A stretch of 64,000 nucleotides of DNA from a virus (taxonomy: Duplodnaviria > Caudoviricetes), in IMG/VR virus record IMGVR_UViG_3300026549_000030, positions 64,001 through 128,000 of that record, one strand, 5' to 3'. The notes below the pieces were generated by a model. The model saw only the letters and a list, made by a program, of their open reading frames with translations. It did no database searches and had not been told where the DNA came from. A program made the position numbers and the translations under genes. Shown one piece after another: positions 40,403 through 50,224 of the stretch. How positions within the stretch are numbered: position 1 is the stretch's first letter; the number at the start of each line of letters is the position of its first letter.

Positions 40403-40783
40403 CTAGGCGATTCTTTCTATATTTAATACGCTATCAGGATCAACAAGCACGCAATTCCTTCCCGGACTTACACCTTCAGTGGAAGCAGTTATCTTAAGAA
40501 TACATGGTCCATAACTTTTAATAAGTCGTTGCGCCTCCTCTGGAGTTGACACGGCAATAATCTTTCCAGGATATATTGAACTAAGTTTATTGCCGGCAAG
40601 AACACTATAATCGCCGTATTTGTTTGCCTTTAAATAATAATCAACATAAGTGTCAGGAACCCATTTATATACATCTGTGCTTCCCTGTTCGCCTTCAACG
40701 TATTCTTTTATTACCTTCTTTACGCTTTCAGCAATAATCTGTCTGAGGGCGTTTTCATTTAGTTTAATTGTATTATTTTTCAT
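40403..40783 (-). CDS. Hypothetical protein with L-N-E-x-x-L leader
   Basis: 'MKNNTIKLNENALRQIIAESVKKVIKE'. Confidence 0.7.
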   Translation of the reverse strand: MKNNTIKLNENALRQIIAESVKKVIKEYVEGEQGSTDVYKWVPDTYVDYYLKANKYGDYSVLAGNKLSSIYPGKIIAVSTPEEAQRLIKSYGPCILKITASTEGVSPGRNCVLVDPDSVLNIERIA

Positions 40784-40831
40784 ATTCTTATTTGTTTAAT
40801 TTGTTTGTTATAAGGATGTGAAGATGGCGGT

Positions 40832-41218
40832 TTAACTCAAGTCGTCAAATGTTAAATCGCCGTCCGAAAGTCCTCGTGGGCTGTTAATTCTCATAACAGT
40901 TTCTTCCAATGAAATTATTGATTCCCATAAATAGTTCCACTCTTTTCCTGCTAATTTCATGAACTCATCGAGTTGTTCTTTCGGGATGCTATAATAAAAA
41001 TCCTCTAATATCCCTACTACTTTATCAAGAGTATTTTGAAGTTCTTTGAATGACGGAGCAGAAGCCCAAGCATACTCGTTCAACACTTTCTTCACGCTCT
41101 CAGCGACAATTTGCCTGAGGGTGCTTTCGTTCAGTTTAATTGTATTATTTTTCATATTCTTGTTCGTTATTGCATTAGAAAGTTGACTTTCATTTATCGT
41201 CAATACATTTTTATTCAT
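40832..41218 (-). CDS. Hypothetical protein with doubled leader
   Basis: 'MNKNVLTINESQLSNAI…MKNNTIKLNESTLRQIVAESVKKVLNE'; TATTTATA at 41241-41248. Confidence 0.7.
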   Translation of the reverse strand: MNKNVLTINESQLSNAITNKNMKNNTIKLNESTLRQIVAESVKKVLNEYAWASAPSFKELQNTLDKVVGILEDFYYSIPKEQLDEFMKLAGKEWNYLWESIISLEETVMRINSPRGLSDGDLTFDDLS

Positions 41219-41260
41219 TGTAATTCAGAAATTGTACTATTATAAATAGTTTGCAATATA

Positions 41261-41290
41261 AAAAAAACGAGGGAAAAATCCCTCGTTTCT
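41261..41290 (-). terminator. Intrinsic terminator after tail sheath
   Basis: aaacgaggga-aaaa-tccctcgttt with T-tract on the minus strand. Confidence 0.7.
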
Positions 41291-41306
41291 TCGTTTATGA
41301 GTTTCT

Positions 41307-44300
41307 TTATGAAAGCTCTTCGAATTCAACACCCTGAGGTGTAACAATGAACTCAAGTTCGATAGCTTCAAGAACAGGTGTAGGTTTCACCCAAATCTTT
41401 CCACTCATCTCGTGAGCGTCCATTTGCTCCTTAGTCTGAGAAATGTCAACCCTGTAATCAGTAATGCCCCTATCGGACTTAATCTGAGAAAGGATATCCC
41501 TCAAAATACCGTCGAAGTCCTCAGCAGTTGAAGGGTCGTTGTCGTCGAATACAAGCCCGAGACTTGCCTTAACAACAATCTTACGTAGATAGAGAACAAG
41601 GCGAATCGTATTGAGCCTGCTGAGAGGATTAGTCTCGTCGCAGATGTAGAGCGTCTTGTTGCCCCAAATTCTAACACCCTCAGGGAAGGACATAAGAGGA
41701 TTGATTCTGTTGTCATAAACATTATCCCTATCCTCGAGCTTGCAGGAAACGTGAAGCTTACTGCATTCAACCTTACCCCTTTCAAGACCTGCGGAAGCAG
41801 TCCAAGGATACTTCTTGTTGTCAACGTTAGCCATATCTCTAAGGGCGTCCTTCGTTGCAGGGAGGTTAATATACATATTGTGCTCCTTGTCGAAGTACTT
41901 AACCCAAGGATAGAACGTAGTTCCATAGTAGCTGTTCACGTTGGTATCTTCGAGGTTAGCTGCAGCCTCTGAAGAAGTGTAAGCGTCGCTAAGATTCTCG
42001 TCCTTTGCACCCCAAGGCTTATCAGGAGTCGTAACAACATACACTGAATCGCCACGGCCTTCAACTACGCTGAACGCGTCCTCAGAAAGAAGCGCGTTGT
42101 TGAGGTAGTCAATACCAGGAGTTGCGAAGAGGTTGATAGCGTTCTTCTCAGGGTCTGCAAATTGATTAATACCAGCAAGGAATGCATAGTAGTCAGAAGT
42201 AATGCAGTTTCCGCTGAGTGAGAGAGCGTCACCGTTGTAAATCTTTGAGAACGTATTTCCGTGTCCGTTTACGATAGTTCCCTTGTACTTGTTAGCCTTA
42301 AACTCGTCAGTAGCGGTACGAGCCCTACGATAGATATCCCAACCGTCGAAGCCACCATAAGGATAAACAGTGAATTTGCGGAGGTTAACATTCTCGTAGA
42401 TAGTTCCTTCCATTTCCTGCTCGCTTCCGATAACAGGAGCCTTGTCGCCGCCCGTAACAACGTTGTTAGGAGAAACTGCGTCCCAAGTAACACCCGTTGT
42501 TGAAGGATCACCGTCAACAGTTACCTTGATTCCAATTTCCTTCAAGATATCAGGATGAAGCGTTGAGTCAAGGTGGAATCCGTTGGTGTAACCAACATTG
42601 TACTGCTCCGTGTAAGCGCACTTACCCTTGTACCTAAGGATATCAATGTCAACACCTTTAATGTCAGAAAGTCCGAAATACTGACGCTTGTCCTTAATAT
42701 CTTCGTCATAGTAAAGGTTGTACTCGAAGTGAGGAGATTCTAAGCCCTCGGTGCTGTAATCACGTACAGGATATCCGAGGAAACCGCAAGGAACACATTC
42801 CTTCGTCATCTCATTCTCGATAATCTCAACCATTACATAGTTTGATTTGAGCTCATACTTTCCGTCAAGCGTACCAATCTTAAGTCCGATATAGTTGCTT
42901 GTTCCGGGAACCATTGAAAGTTTCCTGTATGATTCAAGAATTGTAGGATTGCCGTCGCTGTCGTTGTAGTCACGGATAAGAACGTCGAATGTTCCGTCCT
43001 CAGGGCGAACGTTTGCAATAGAAACCTTCACTTCCTCATTTGCGGTGTTACCGTCAGAAATTGTGTGGAAGCGGAAGAGCTTCTTAACCTCGGCGTTGCT
43101 TGCGTCACCCTTAAGTTCTGAAACAATCCAAGGAGTAGAAGCGCAACGGAACTCTTCACGGTAGTCGCACATATCATTGATAAATGCAACCTTACCCTCG
43201 TCGTCAAGAGCTACGAACGCATCGTATGCGAGGTTGTAAACTGCGTCAGCCTTGTTATCCTCGATTGCGCTAACCTTTGCTTCCTTTCCGTCCTTTGTAA
43301 GAACAGGAACATACACATACTTCTTGATTCCTTCCTTATTCACATAAGAAGAAACCTTATAGATAGCGCCCTCTTCCATAGCAACCGTTGTCTCGGTAAC
43401 TGTATTTCCGCTGAGTTCGTTGTAAACGAAATCGTTGGATTCGTCGCCACAGTAATCAGCGCCGTATACGAATGTCTGAGCAAGGTTCCTTCTCTTAAGG
43501 TTACTTGCAGGAATTGTCACGAAGCCAAGAACAGGAGTTGCGACAGCAGTGATTTCAATAGGATTTACAGTTGTTACTTCTGAAGAGATAGCGTTAACAC
43601 TTCCGTTAAGGATAAGCTCTTCAAGCATAACGTCGTAAAGCTCCTCTACGAACACAGCCTTCTCACCGTCAGTTGGAGTTGCTCCAAGAACATTGTAGAT
43701 ATAGTCCTTTGCACCAGGATTGAGAGAAACGGCATACTTACCAACCTCTTCTCCATCTTTCTTGCAAACGATTGTGAATTTTCCGTAGTTCAATGCGTCT
43801 ACAGGGAAATCACCGTCGCTGTCGGTGTCAGTAGTAATTCCTGAGCAGTTAATCTGAATGCTGAGATTCGTATAAGGCGCTAACTCAACCTCATCGCAAT
43901 CATAGATAAGTGTATCATACGCTGAAATTGGATTGCACTCGTCACCAATGTTCGCATACTTACGATATTTTCCGCGGGAACGGAGAACAGCAACCACGTA
44001 CTTAGTGTCGCCACTTCCCTCTGCCGTAATAATGAATGCTGGGCCTGCGTTATAACCGCTAAGTCCGAGTACACGGCAGACGTAAAGCTTATCTGAAGCC
44101 TCAAGATAAGATTTAGCTACATACGGAAGTTCATACCTAGGGTATTGGCTGTCCTTGAACAATTCAGGATCCGTTCCGCCGAAGCGAGTATAATACTCGT
44201 CCCACTTGTGAAGTTCGATAGCCTCAAAAGCAGGTCCTTTCTTAGTTTCGCCGACTAAGCCGAGAGATGTAATACCCAAAGTCTTCGCTGCATATGACAA

Positions 44301-44357
44301 TGAAGAAATCTGTGTGTAGACACCTGGGCTTGAATGTGTACCTCTAATTTTTCCCAT
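41307..44357 (-). CDS. Contractile tail sheath protein
   Basis: 'SPGVY', 'GLVGETKKGPAFE', 'INLFATPGID', 'FYPWV', 'INPL…GVRIWGNKTL', 'IWVKPTPVLEAIELEFIVTPQG'. Confidence 0.92.
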   Translation of the reverse strand: MGKIRGTHSSPGVYTQISSLSYAAKTLGITSLGLVGETKKGPAFEAIELHKWDEYYTRFGGTDPELFKDSQYPRYELPYVAKSYLEASDKLYVCRVLGLSGYNAGPAFIITAEGSGDTKYVVAVLRSRGKYRKYANIGDECNPISAYDTLIYDCDEVELAPYTNLSIQINCSGITTDTDSDGDFPVDALNYGKFTIVCKKDGEEVGKYAVSLNPGAKDYIYNVLGATPTDGEKAVFVEELYDVMLEELILNGSVNAISSEVTTVNPIEITAVATPVLGFVTIPASNLKRRNLAQTFVYGADYCGDESNDFVYNELSGNTVTETTVAMEEGAIYKVSSYVNKEGIKKYVYVPVLTKDGKEAKVSAIEDNKADAVYNLAYDAFVALDDEGKVAFINDMCDYREEFRCASTPWIVSELKGDASNAEVKKLFRFHTISDGNTANEEVKVSIANVRPEDGTFDVLIRDYNDSDGNPTILESYRKLSMVPGTSNYIGLKIGTLDGKYELKSNYVMVEIIENEMTKECVPCGFLGYPVRDYSTEGLESPHFEYNLYYDEDIKDKRQYFGLSDIKGVDIDILRYKGKCAYTEQYNVGYTNGFHLDSTLHPDILKEIGIKVTVDGDPSTTGVTWDAVSPNNVVTGGDKAPVIGSEQEMEGTIYENVNLRKFTVYPYGGFDGWDIYRRARTATDEFKANKYKGTIVNGHGNTFSKIYNGDALSLSGNCITSDYYAFLAGINQFADPEKNAINLFATPGIDYLNNALLSEDAFSVVEGRGDSVYVVTTPDKPWGAKDENLSDAYTSSEAAANLEDTNVNSYYGTTFYPWVKYFDKEHNMYINLPATKDALRDMANVDNKKYPWTASAGLERGKVECSKLHVSCKLEDRDNVYDNRINPLMSFPEGVRIWGNKTLYICDETNPLSRLNTIRLVLYLRKIVVKASLGLVFDDNDPSTAEDFDGILRDILSQIKSDRGITDYRVDISQTKEQMDAHEMSGKIWVKPTPVLEAIELEFIVTPQGVEFEELS

Positions 44358-44425
44358 ATCGAATTTTATTTAATCCTTTTTGTCATTTATTTTTATATAA
44401 ATACTTTCTTTTTTGTGAAAATAAG

Positions 44426-45709
44426 TTATTCTTCGTCATTTACCTCATATTCATCTTCTGTTTGCTCTTCGTCGAGTATAGATTCCAAATCATCAAGGCT
44501 TTCTGCGTAGACAATATCCGGCGAATATCCGCCGAGTTTTATTTTCAAAACCTCGTTCTTATGCATTCCCTTATTTGCGGTAATTTTTACCTCATCGTCC
44601 GACCGTAATACGAGTGGAGTATCAACCGTAATGGCACTTTGCGTTATTTCGTCATTTACATAAATTTGTAAATTGCTTATTCCGTGCTCGTACGTAACAC
44701 CTGTAACCACAAGGTTAACGTCGGAAGGAATCGAGAATTTTGCCTTATCTATACACTTCGGCAACGTAACAGAAACGCTTATCGGCTTATAGTAATACTT
44801 ACTCTTTTCCTCCTCGTTACATTCTAAGTCAGAAACGTCAATAACCGTATGGCTTCTACCAGTCTTCATTGGGAGATAAATCGTAGTAACTTCGCCGCAG
44901 GAACCTTCAATGAACAGTGGTTTGTACTCCAACTCATCCATTTCAATTTCGGGCTTCTTCTTAGTAAGACGAGGTAATCCCATTCCGACGCCAATTTTAA
45001 GCGGAACTTCGTCAACACGGTAGTCGTTCTCGGTTATGATATACGCCATAACTTTAATCTGATACGTTTGAGAGTAGAACTGCCTGTCGTTGATATTATA
45101 CTGAGACTCGTCGTTAATGCTCTCAAGCGTCATTGGAATGAAGTGCCCATTCGGTTGAATATAGCACTGACAAGCTGAGAAACATTTATTTACAATCGTA
45201 TTGAATTCATTCAGAGCAGAGTACCTTGTTGTGAATATAGAAACCTTGTAATTCAAGTCGATAGCCATTGGCTGTTTCATCTTCAATACAAGATAAGATT
45301 CTGAGCCGTTCTCGTCAAGAACTTTCTTCTTTTTCATTGGATAGAATCTTTCTCCCGGAATATTCCAAAGTCCGCTTTGAATTTCTCCGTATTTCGGGTT
45401 ATTCTCTCTCGTCACCGTCTTAAAATTAAGCAACAGATTCTTATTCTCGTCAACATATTTCCAAGACTGAGAATACTCAGAGAATCGCTGATTACTGAAC
45501 AACGACATAGTAGGGTACTCCTTGCCATCGTCTGAGACAATGGTAAGTCCCTTCACCCAATCCCTGAATGCTTCGTCTATATCCTTATATTCCAAAGTCT
45601 TCGGTAAGAACGTTCCGTCTTTGACAATATCGTTTAACATTTCAAGACGACGTGCGTTTCCTATCGAACTTGGATTAAGATTTATATGATTAAGATATTC
45701 CTTTGGCAT
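44426..45709 (-). CDS. Putative neck/tail-completion protein
   Basis: Lies between the sheath and the neck-like gene; 'DIDEAFRDWV', 'PMAIDLNYKVSIFT'. Confidence 0.5.
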   Translation of the reverse strand: MPKEYLNHINLNPSSIGNARRLEMLNDIVKDGTFLPKTLEYKDIDEAFRDWVKGLTIVSDDGKEYPTMSLFSNQRFSEYSQSWKYVDENKNLLLNFKTVTRENNPKYGEIQSGLWNIPGERFYPMKKKKVLDENGSESYLVLKMKQPMAIDLNYKVSIFTTRYSALNEFNTIVNKCFSACQCYIQPNGHFIPMTLESINDESQYNINDRQFYSQTYQIKVMAYIITENDYRVDEVPLKIGVGMGLPRLTKKKPEIEMDELEYKPLFIEGSCGEVTTIYLPMKTGRSHTVIDVSDLECNEEEKSKYYYKPISVSVTLPKCIDKAKFSIPSDVNLVVTGVTYEHGISNLQIYVNDEITQSAITVDTPLVLRSDDEVKITANKGMHKNEVLKIKLGGYSPDIVYAESLDDLESILDEEQTEDEYEVNDEE

Positions 45710-45711
45710 AA

Positions 45712-46251
45712 TTAGATATTCGCTGTTTCACTCTTATCACTTACCACCGTGCAGGTAATGCTCCTATAATAAGGAATAGTACCCCATAGCGTGTGCGCGT
45801 TATCGTAGTTCACCCTTCCGTCGTCAGCAACGATAAAATACTCCATATGTTCAGGAGTAACCTGCAGTCCAATGTAGTCTCCACGCTTAATGTCGCAGTC
45901 ATTCTCCTCAAGCTCCTTCTCATATATCGAGAAAGTAAGTTGCCCAACCTTCACATAATAGCCCTTAACTGTTTGAGTATCATATGTTTTCAACTCACCC
46001 TTGTCAAGTCTATATAGAACATTCAGTTCAACGGGAGTCTTGAATGTCAAATCATTGAAATTTGCCTCATTGTAGATATCGTCTACTTTAGTCGCGTCTC
46101 TATCAACCTCATAGAGTACAATAGTCTGGTTCAACGTCCTTAAATATTCCATTCCCATACGGATTTGTAAATCCACCTGGTCCTTGGACGTGAACATGTT
46201 ATTCCTATTGATAGGGTTCTTTCTTTTTATTCCCTCAGTGGAGAGTTTCAT
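45712..46251 (-). CDS. Putative neck/head-closure protein
   Basis: 'IVLYEVDRDATKVDDIYNEA…GQLTFSIY..ELEE…DIKRGDYI'. Start taken at MKLSTEG, downstream of the motif at 46272-46279. Confidence 0.55.
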   Translation of the reverse strand: MKLSTEGIKRKNPINRNNMFTSKDQVDLQIRMGMEYLRTLNQTIVLYEVDRDATKVDDIYNEANFNDLTFKTPVELNVLYRLDKGELKTYDTQTVKGYYVKVGQLTFSIYEKELEENDCDIKRGDYIGLQVTPEHMEYFIVADDGRVNYDNAHTLWGTIPYYRSITCTVVSDKSETANI

Positions 46252-46299
46252 AAACATTTGCATATTTATCATATAAATACAGTTTAAAACCCAAGAACT

Positions 46300-47220
46300 A
46301 TGCAAAAAGAGACTAAATACGAGCTCAACAAGATGTTTTCGCTCATGGAGAGGATGGACAAACACTACACTTCCTCAGAAGCACAAAGAATTGATGAACA
46401 AATTACTGAAATCGGTGCGGAATTCAGAAACGTTGTAGGCCCGGAAGAATTCTACGATTTACTCGAGGGAACACCAAAGGGACGCAGAATTACATTCGGA
46501 TATGTTACTGCAGCAAAAATCGCAGTCCCAAAGGGAAAGAAGCTCAACCCAGTTACAAATAGAATGAATCAGTTCGACGATTACGAGACATTAGGTAAGA
46601 ACCTTGGCGTAAGCGGAAAACTTATTAGCGTAATTAAGGTTGCTACTTACAACTTCCCTTGGCAGACTACAAATTCTATGAAGGATGAATATTCCAAGTA
46701 TAAACAGACAAGAGACGACCTTTCACAGAAATACGGTGTAGAGGTTGGAAAGGCAAGATACGGTACGGAAACAAACAATTTCGGTGCTAATGGCGGTATT
46801 ATCTCCTACAATGGAAACAACAATGAGCTTTCAGGGCACACATACACTAACATCAACATGTTTGATATTAAGCCCATTTCAACGAAGTACTATTTGGTAA
46901 AGGAAGATGGAAGTCTTGAAGAAATCAGCAAGGATAAGCTCGAGTTCCTTCCATATAAACAGAGTAACTCTATTATTGATAAGCTCCTTGCGGCAGGTGC
47001 TACTCAGGCTGAGGTTGAGCCACTTCTTAAAATGAACTACACTCGCTTCGAGCATTCACACATCCTTTTCTTCTCAGCCACGCCCGATTCAGGAATCCCT
47101 ACGGTGTTTATTAACTACAAGCTTTCAGATAAGATTGGTGGTATAACGAATGTAAATCCCGACGAAATTATCGGACTTGCAAAGCAGAGGTACGCAAGAT
47201 TCATGGAACCTCAATTCTAA
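46300..47220 (+). CDS. Hypothetical protein (probable late/virion protein)
   Basis: 306-aa ORF with TATTTAT at 46263-46269 and a terminator at about 47243-47281. Confidence 0.7.
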   Translation: MQKETKYELNKMFSLMERMDKHYTSSEAQRIDEQITEIGAEFRNVVGPEEFYDLLEGTPKGRRITFGYVTAAKIAVPKGKKLNPVTNRMNQFDDYETLGKNLGVSGKLISVIKVATYNFPWQTTNSMKDEYSKYKQTRDDLSQKYGVEVGKARYGTETNNFGANGGIISYNGNNNELSGHTYTNINMFDIKPISTKYYLVKEDGSLEEISKDKLEFLPYKQSNSIIDKLLAAGATQAEVEPLLKMNYTRFEHSHILFFSATPDSGIPTVFINYKLSDKIGGITNVNPDEIIGLAKQRYARFMEPQF

Positions 47221-47309
47221 GAAAAAAACTTCAAATGTATATAAAATCTGTCAGTTTCGCAAAAAATTGACAGATTTTTTTGTATTTTTATTTCGTAATA
47301 TATTGTTTA

Positions 47310-49316
47310 ATGATTGTAAGCGCGAAAAAGAGAAATGAGGCGTTTGAAATATTAAGAGATTACGAAGGAGAAAACCCATATATATTAACGCTCAAGAAAT
47401 CCGTCTACGTTGAAGGAAACGCGGACGCGATTGGCAATTTCCAAGCGGAGTATATTCTAAGGAATTACAATATACAGCCAAAGAAGATAAACAGAATCGT
47501 AAAGTTGGCTGATTGGTACGCAGAGGATAAGATGAAAGAGTGGGAAATAGATTTCCTACCAAGCAAGATAAAAATTATCACCCTTCTCGGTGAAACGGAC
47601 AGCACGTATAACTGCTACATACAATACAGGCAGTCGGTGCCTCCACAGCCTTGTTTCTTGAAAAAGAACGGACTTCTCACAAATTTTCTCGTTGAAGATT
47701 ATAATAAGGTTAAAGTAGATTTCGACAGGTATAGTCGCTTGTCGGATTTCAAGCGTATTTTGTTTGATCACCAAAAAGACGCTGTTAAATTCTTACTGTC
47801 AAGAAAGAAGTGTATCCTCGCAGACGATATGGGGCTTGGCAAGTCAACAACCGTATCAGTCGCAGCAATAGAGGGAAATTTCGATTCGGTTCTTATTATT
47901 TGTCCGGCGTCTATTAAAGAAATTTGGAAAAGGGAATTATCATTCTACATTCCTGAGAAAGATATAACGATAATCGAAGGATTTTCAGATAAGAAGAAAG
48001 GTGAACTTGAAGAGTTTCTCGGATATGCCGTCGGAAAATCAAATATGACGAGAGAACAACTGTTGGAAGAGGCTAAGGAACGAGGGCAATGGAAATTCAA
48101 CAGGTTCATTATCGTGAATTACGATATTGTAGATAATTTCTTCAAGTCAAAGAGGACATATACCAAGCAGCAATTCGACGAGTTAATCTCGAACAATCCA
48201 ATGCTGAAGTATATCAATAATAGAAAATCTCTTATTATTCTCGACGAGGCACATAATTTATCTAATTCAAAATCAATACGTTATAAGACAATTAAGGGAC
48301 TTATAAGTAAGGGTAATCCCGATTCTATATATGCTGTAACGGGTACGCCGATTACCAATGACCCGGCTAATCTGTTCTGCGTTCTCAATTTACTCGGAGA
48401 TAACATTACCTCCGATTGGGATTACTATATGCGACGCTACTGTTCAGCCGAGGAATTCTGTAAGGATAAGGAAGAAAGGAACAGGTGGACTAGCGAATTC
48501 CTTAGAAAAAAGAAAAAGGGAACTTGGTACGATTTAACCAAGGAAGAAAAGAAAGAACTTAACGAGTATCTTCACGAACACTGCAAATTTATATTGGTTC
48601 CGAAGGGTCCGTCAAATTTGGAAGAGTTACGTGATAGAATTTCTCACATATATCTTCGTAGGACAAAAGACAGCCTAACACTTCCAGAAAAGACAATCCA
48701 CGAAATTTATTATGATTTGACACCCGAGCAGGAGAGTGAGTATAATAAATTATGGGAAGAGTACGAGGAGGAAAAGAGGACATTGGATCCTGAGAAAGAA
48801 CTTAACAAGGACTTACTCGAGGGAGCAATCTATCGCCAATATCTATCAAATGAAATGATACCAAATACAGTATCATTGACGGATAGGGCGGTTGCCAAGG
48901 GAGAAAAGGTTGTTATTGCCTGTTGTTACGACGAGGAACTTTACAAATTACAGGAACATTATGGAGACAAGTGTGTTATCTACAATGGAAAAATGTCACT
49001 TCGTCAGAAGGAAGACGCAATTTCTCAATTTATGGGAAATCCCGATGTGATGATTTTCATTGGGAATATTAAGGCGGCAGGAGTTGGAATTACTCTTACG
49101 GCTTCAAGGACGCTTATCTTCAATGACTTCGACTATGTTCCCGGCAACAACCAACAAATGTCAGACAGGGTGCATAGAATCAGCCAAACGCGCCCCGTCC
49201 ACATTATATACCAAATTTTCCGCAATACTCAATATCAGAAAATGTGGGAAATCAATGTCAGGAAGCAAGTTACAATAGATACAGTTATTAAAAAAGAGGA
49301 CGAAAAAAATGGCTAA
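47310..49316 (+). CDS. SNF2-family helicase
   Basis: 'ILADDMGLGKS', 'IICPAS', 'ILDEAH', 'TGTPITN', 'GVGITLT', 'DRVHRISQ'. Confidence 0.92.
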   Translation: MIVSAKKRNEAFEILRDYEGENPYILTLKKSVYVEGNADAIGNFQAEYILRNYNIQPKKINRIVKLADWYAEDKMKEWEIDFLPSKIKIITLLGETDSTYNCYIQYRQSVPPQPCFLKKNGLLTNFLVEDYNKVKVDFDRYSRLSDFKRILFDHQKDAVKFLLSRKKCILADDMGLGKSTTVSVAAIEGNFDSVLIICPASIKEIWKRELSFYIPEKDITIIEGFSDKKKGELEEFLGYAVGKSNMTREQLLEEAKERGQWKFNRFIIVNYDIVDNFFKSKRTYTKQQFDELISNNPMLKYINNRKSLIILDEAHNLSNSKSIRYKTIKGLISKGNPDSIYAVTGTPITNDPANLFCVLNLLGDNITSDWDYYMRRYCSAEEFCKDKEERNRWTSEFLRKKKKGTWYDLTKEEKKELNEYLHEHCKFILVPKGPSNLEELRDRISHIYLRRTKDSLTLPEKTIHEIYYDLTPEQESEYNKLWEEYEEEKRTLDPEKELNKDLLEGAIYRQYLSNEMIPNTVSLTDRAVAKGEKVVIACCYDEELYKLQEHYGDKCVIYNGKMSLRQKEDAISQFMGNPDVMIFIGNIKAAGVGITLTASRTLIFNDFDYVPGNNQQMSDRVHRISQTRPVHIIYQIFRNTQYQKMWEINVRKQVTIDTVIKKEDEKNG

Positions 49317-49497
49317 AAGACTTTTACCGATGGTAATAAGCGGAATAAATTGGAACGGGCTATGGTTCCGAGATACTATTTATGGATACTCATACGTATT
49401 CCATTGGAATCCATTTAAGACAATCAGAAATTTGATAAATGGAAACCTCTATCTCGGATTCTTCCCATTTCTTTCTAAACACATACGATTCAAATGA
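49309..49497 (+). CDS. Small hypothetical protein
   Basis: 62 aa, overlap-coupled to both neighbours. Confidence 0.5.
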   Translation: MAKRLLPMVISGINWNGLWFRDTIYGYSYVFHWNPFKTIRNLINGNLYLGFFPFLSKHIRFK

Positions 49498-49943
49498 TTA
49501 CAGACGAAGAAAAAGCAAAATTATATTTGGTGTTCGCTGAAAGGTTAACCGAACAGCCAAATGTGAAGGGTATGTATGAATATGAATTCTATTTTTCAGA
49601 AATGCCCGAAACTGTATGGGCACCTGATTGGAATCAGCAGTGCCCGTCAGCCTGCAGCATAGAGAACCTACGCCCTGAGTTGACTTCATATAATAAAATC
49701 GAAAGGCTCTACACCGTCATACCAATCGTATGCATATGCAACAACTCTTGCCTTTCCTGTCAAGATATGGTTGACGGTATAATAGCGTGTGCATGGGAAG
49801 ATATTTCAGACTATGAAGAATATCCAGACCCGTTCAGACTTGTGTTCAATTATGGGGAAAAGTATGAATCAGTAGAATCTAAGTTGGCTCAGCGCCATCA
49901 GTTTTTTAGTATAACAGAAAATAAAGCGGAAGATAATGAATAA
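49494..49943 (+). CDS. Hypothetical protein
   Basis: 149-aa acidic ORF with ATGA overlap. Confidence 0.65.
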   Translation: MITDEEKAKLYLVFAERLTEQPNVKGMYEYEFYFSEMPETVWAPDWNQQCPSACSIENLRPELTSYNKIERLYTVIPIVCICNNSCLSCQDMVDGIIACAWEDISDYEEYPDPFRLVFNYGEKYESVESKLAQRHQFFSITENKAEDNE

Positions 49944-49948
49944 TAGAA

Positions 49949-50209
49949 ATGGATGAAAAATTAATAAGGTGCATGTGCCATAGTCCCGAGCACCAATTGA
50001 TTATTGATTACGATGAGGAAGATAATATTGCTTATATAGAATACCACTTATGCCCGTTACCGTTCTTCCAACGTATAAAGCACGCGGCGAAGTACATTTT
50101 CGGACACCGTTCAATTTACGGAGATTTTGACGAAGTACTCGTCGATAAGGAATATGCAGATTATTTTATAGAATTAGGAACAAAACTAAAAGAAAACGCA
50201 CCTCAGTAA
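49949..50209 (+). CDS. Hypothetical protein
   Basis: 86-aa ORF with 'CMCHSPEH'; hairpin at the stop. Confidence 0.6.
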   Translation: MDEKLIRCMCHSPEHQLIIDYDEEDNIAYIEYHLCPLPFFQRIKHAAKYIFGHRSIYGDFDEVLVDKEYADYFIELGTKLKENAPQ

Positions 50210-50224
50210 GGTGCGTTCATTTGT

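Noticed and set aside
40403-40700. ADP-ribosyltransferase-like fold in the leader-bearing 126-aa protein
   Set aside because: Only a vague spacing resemblance; the catalytic residues are not recognisable.
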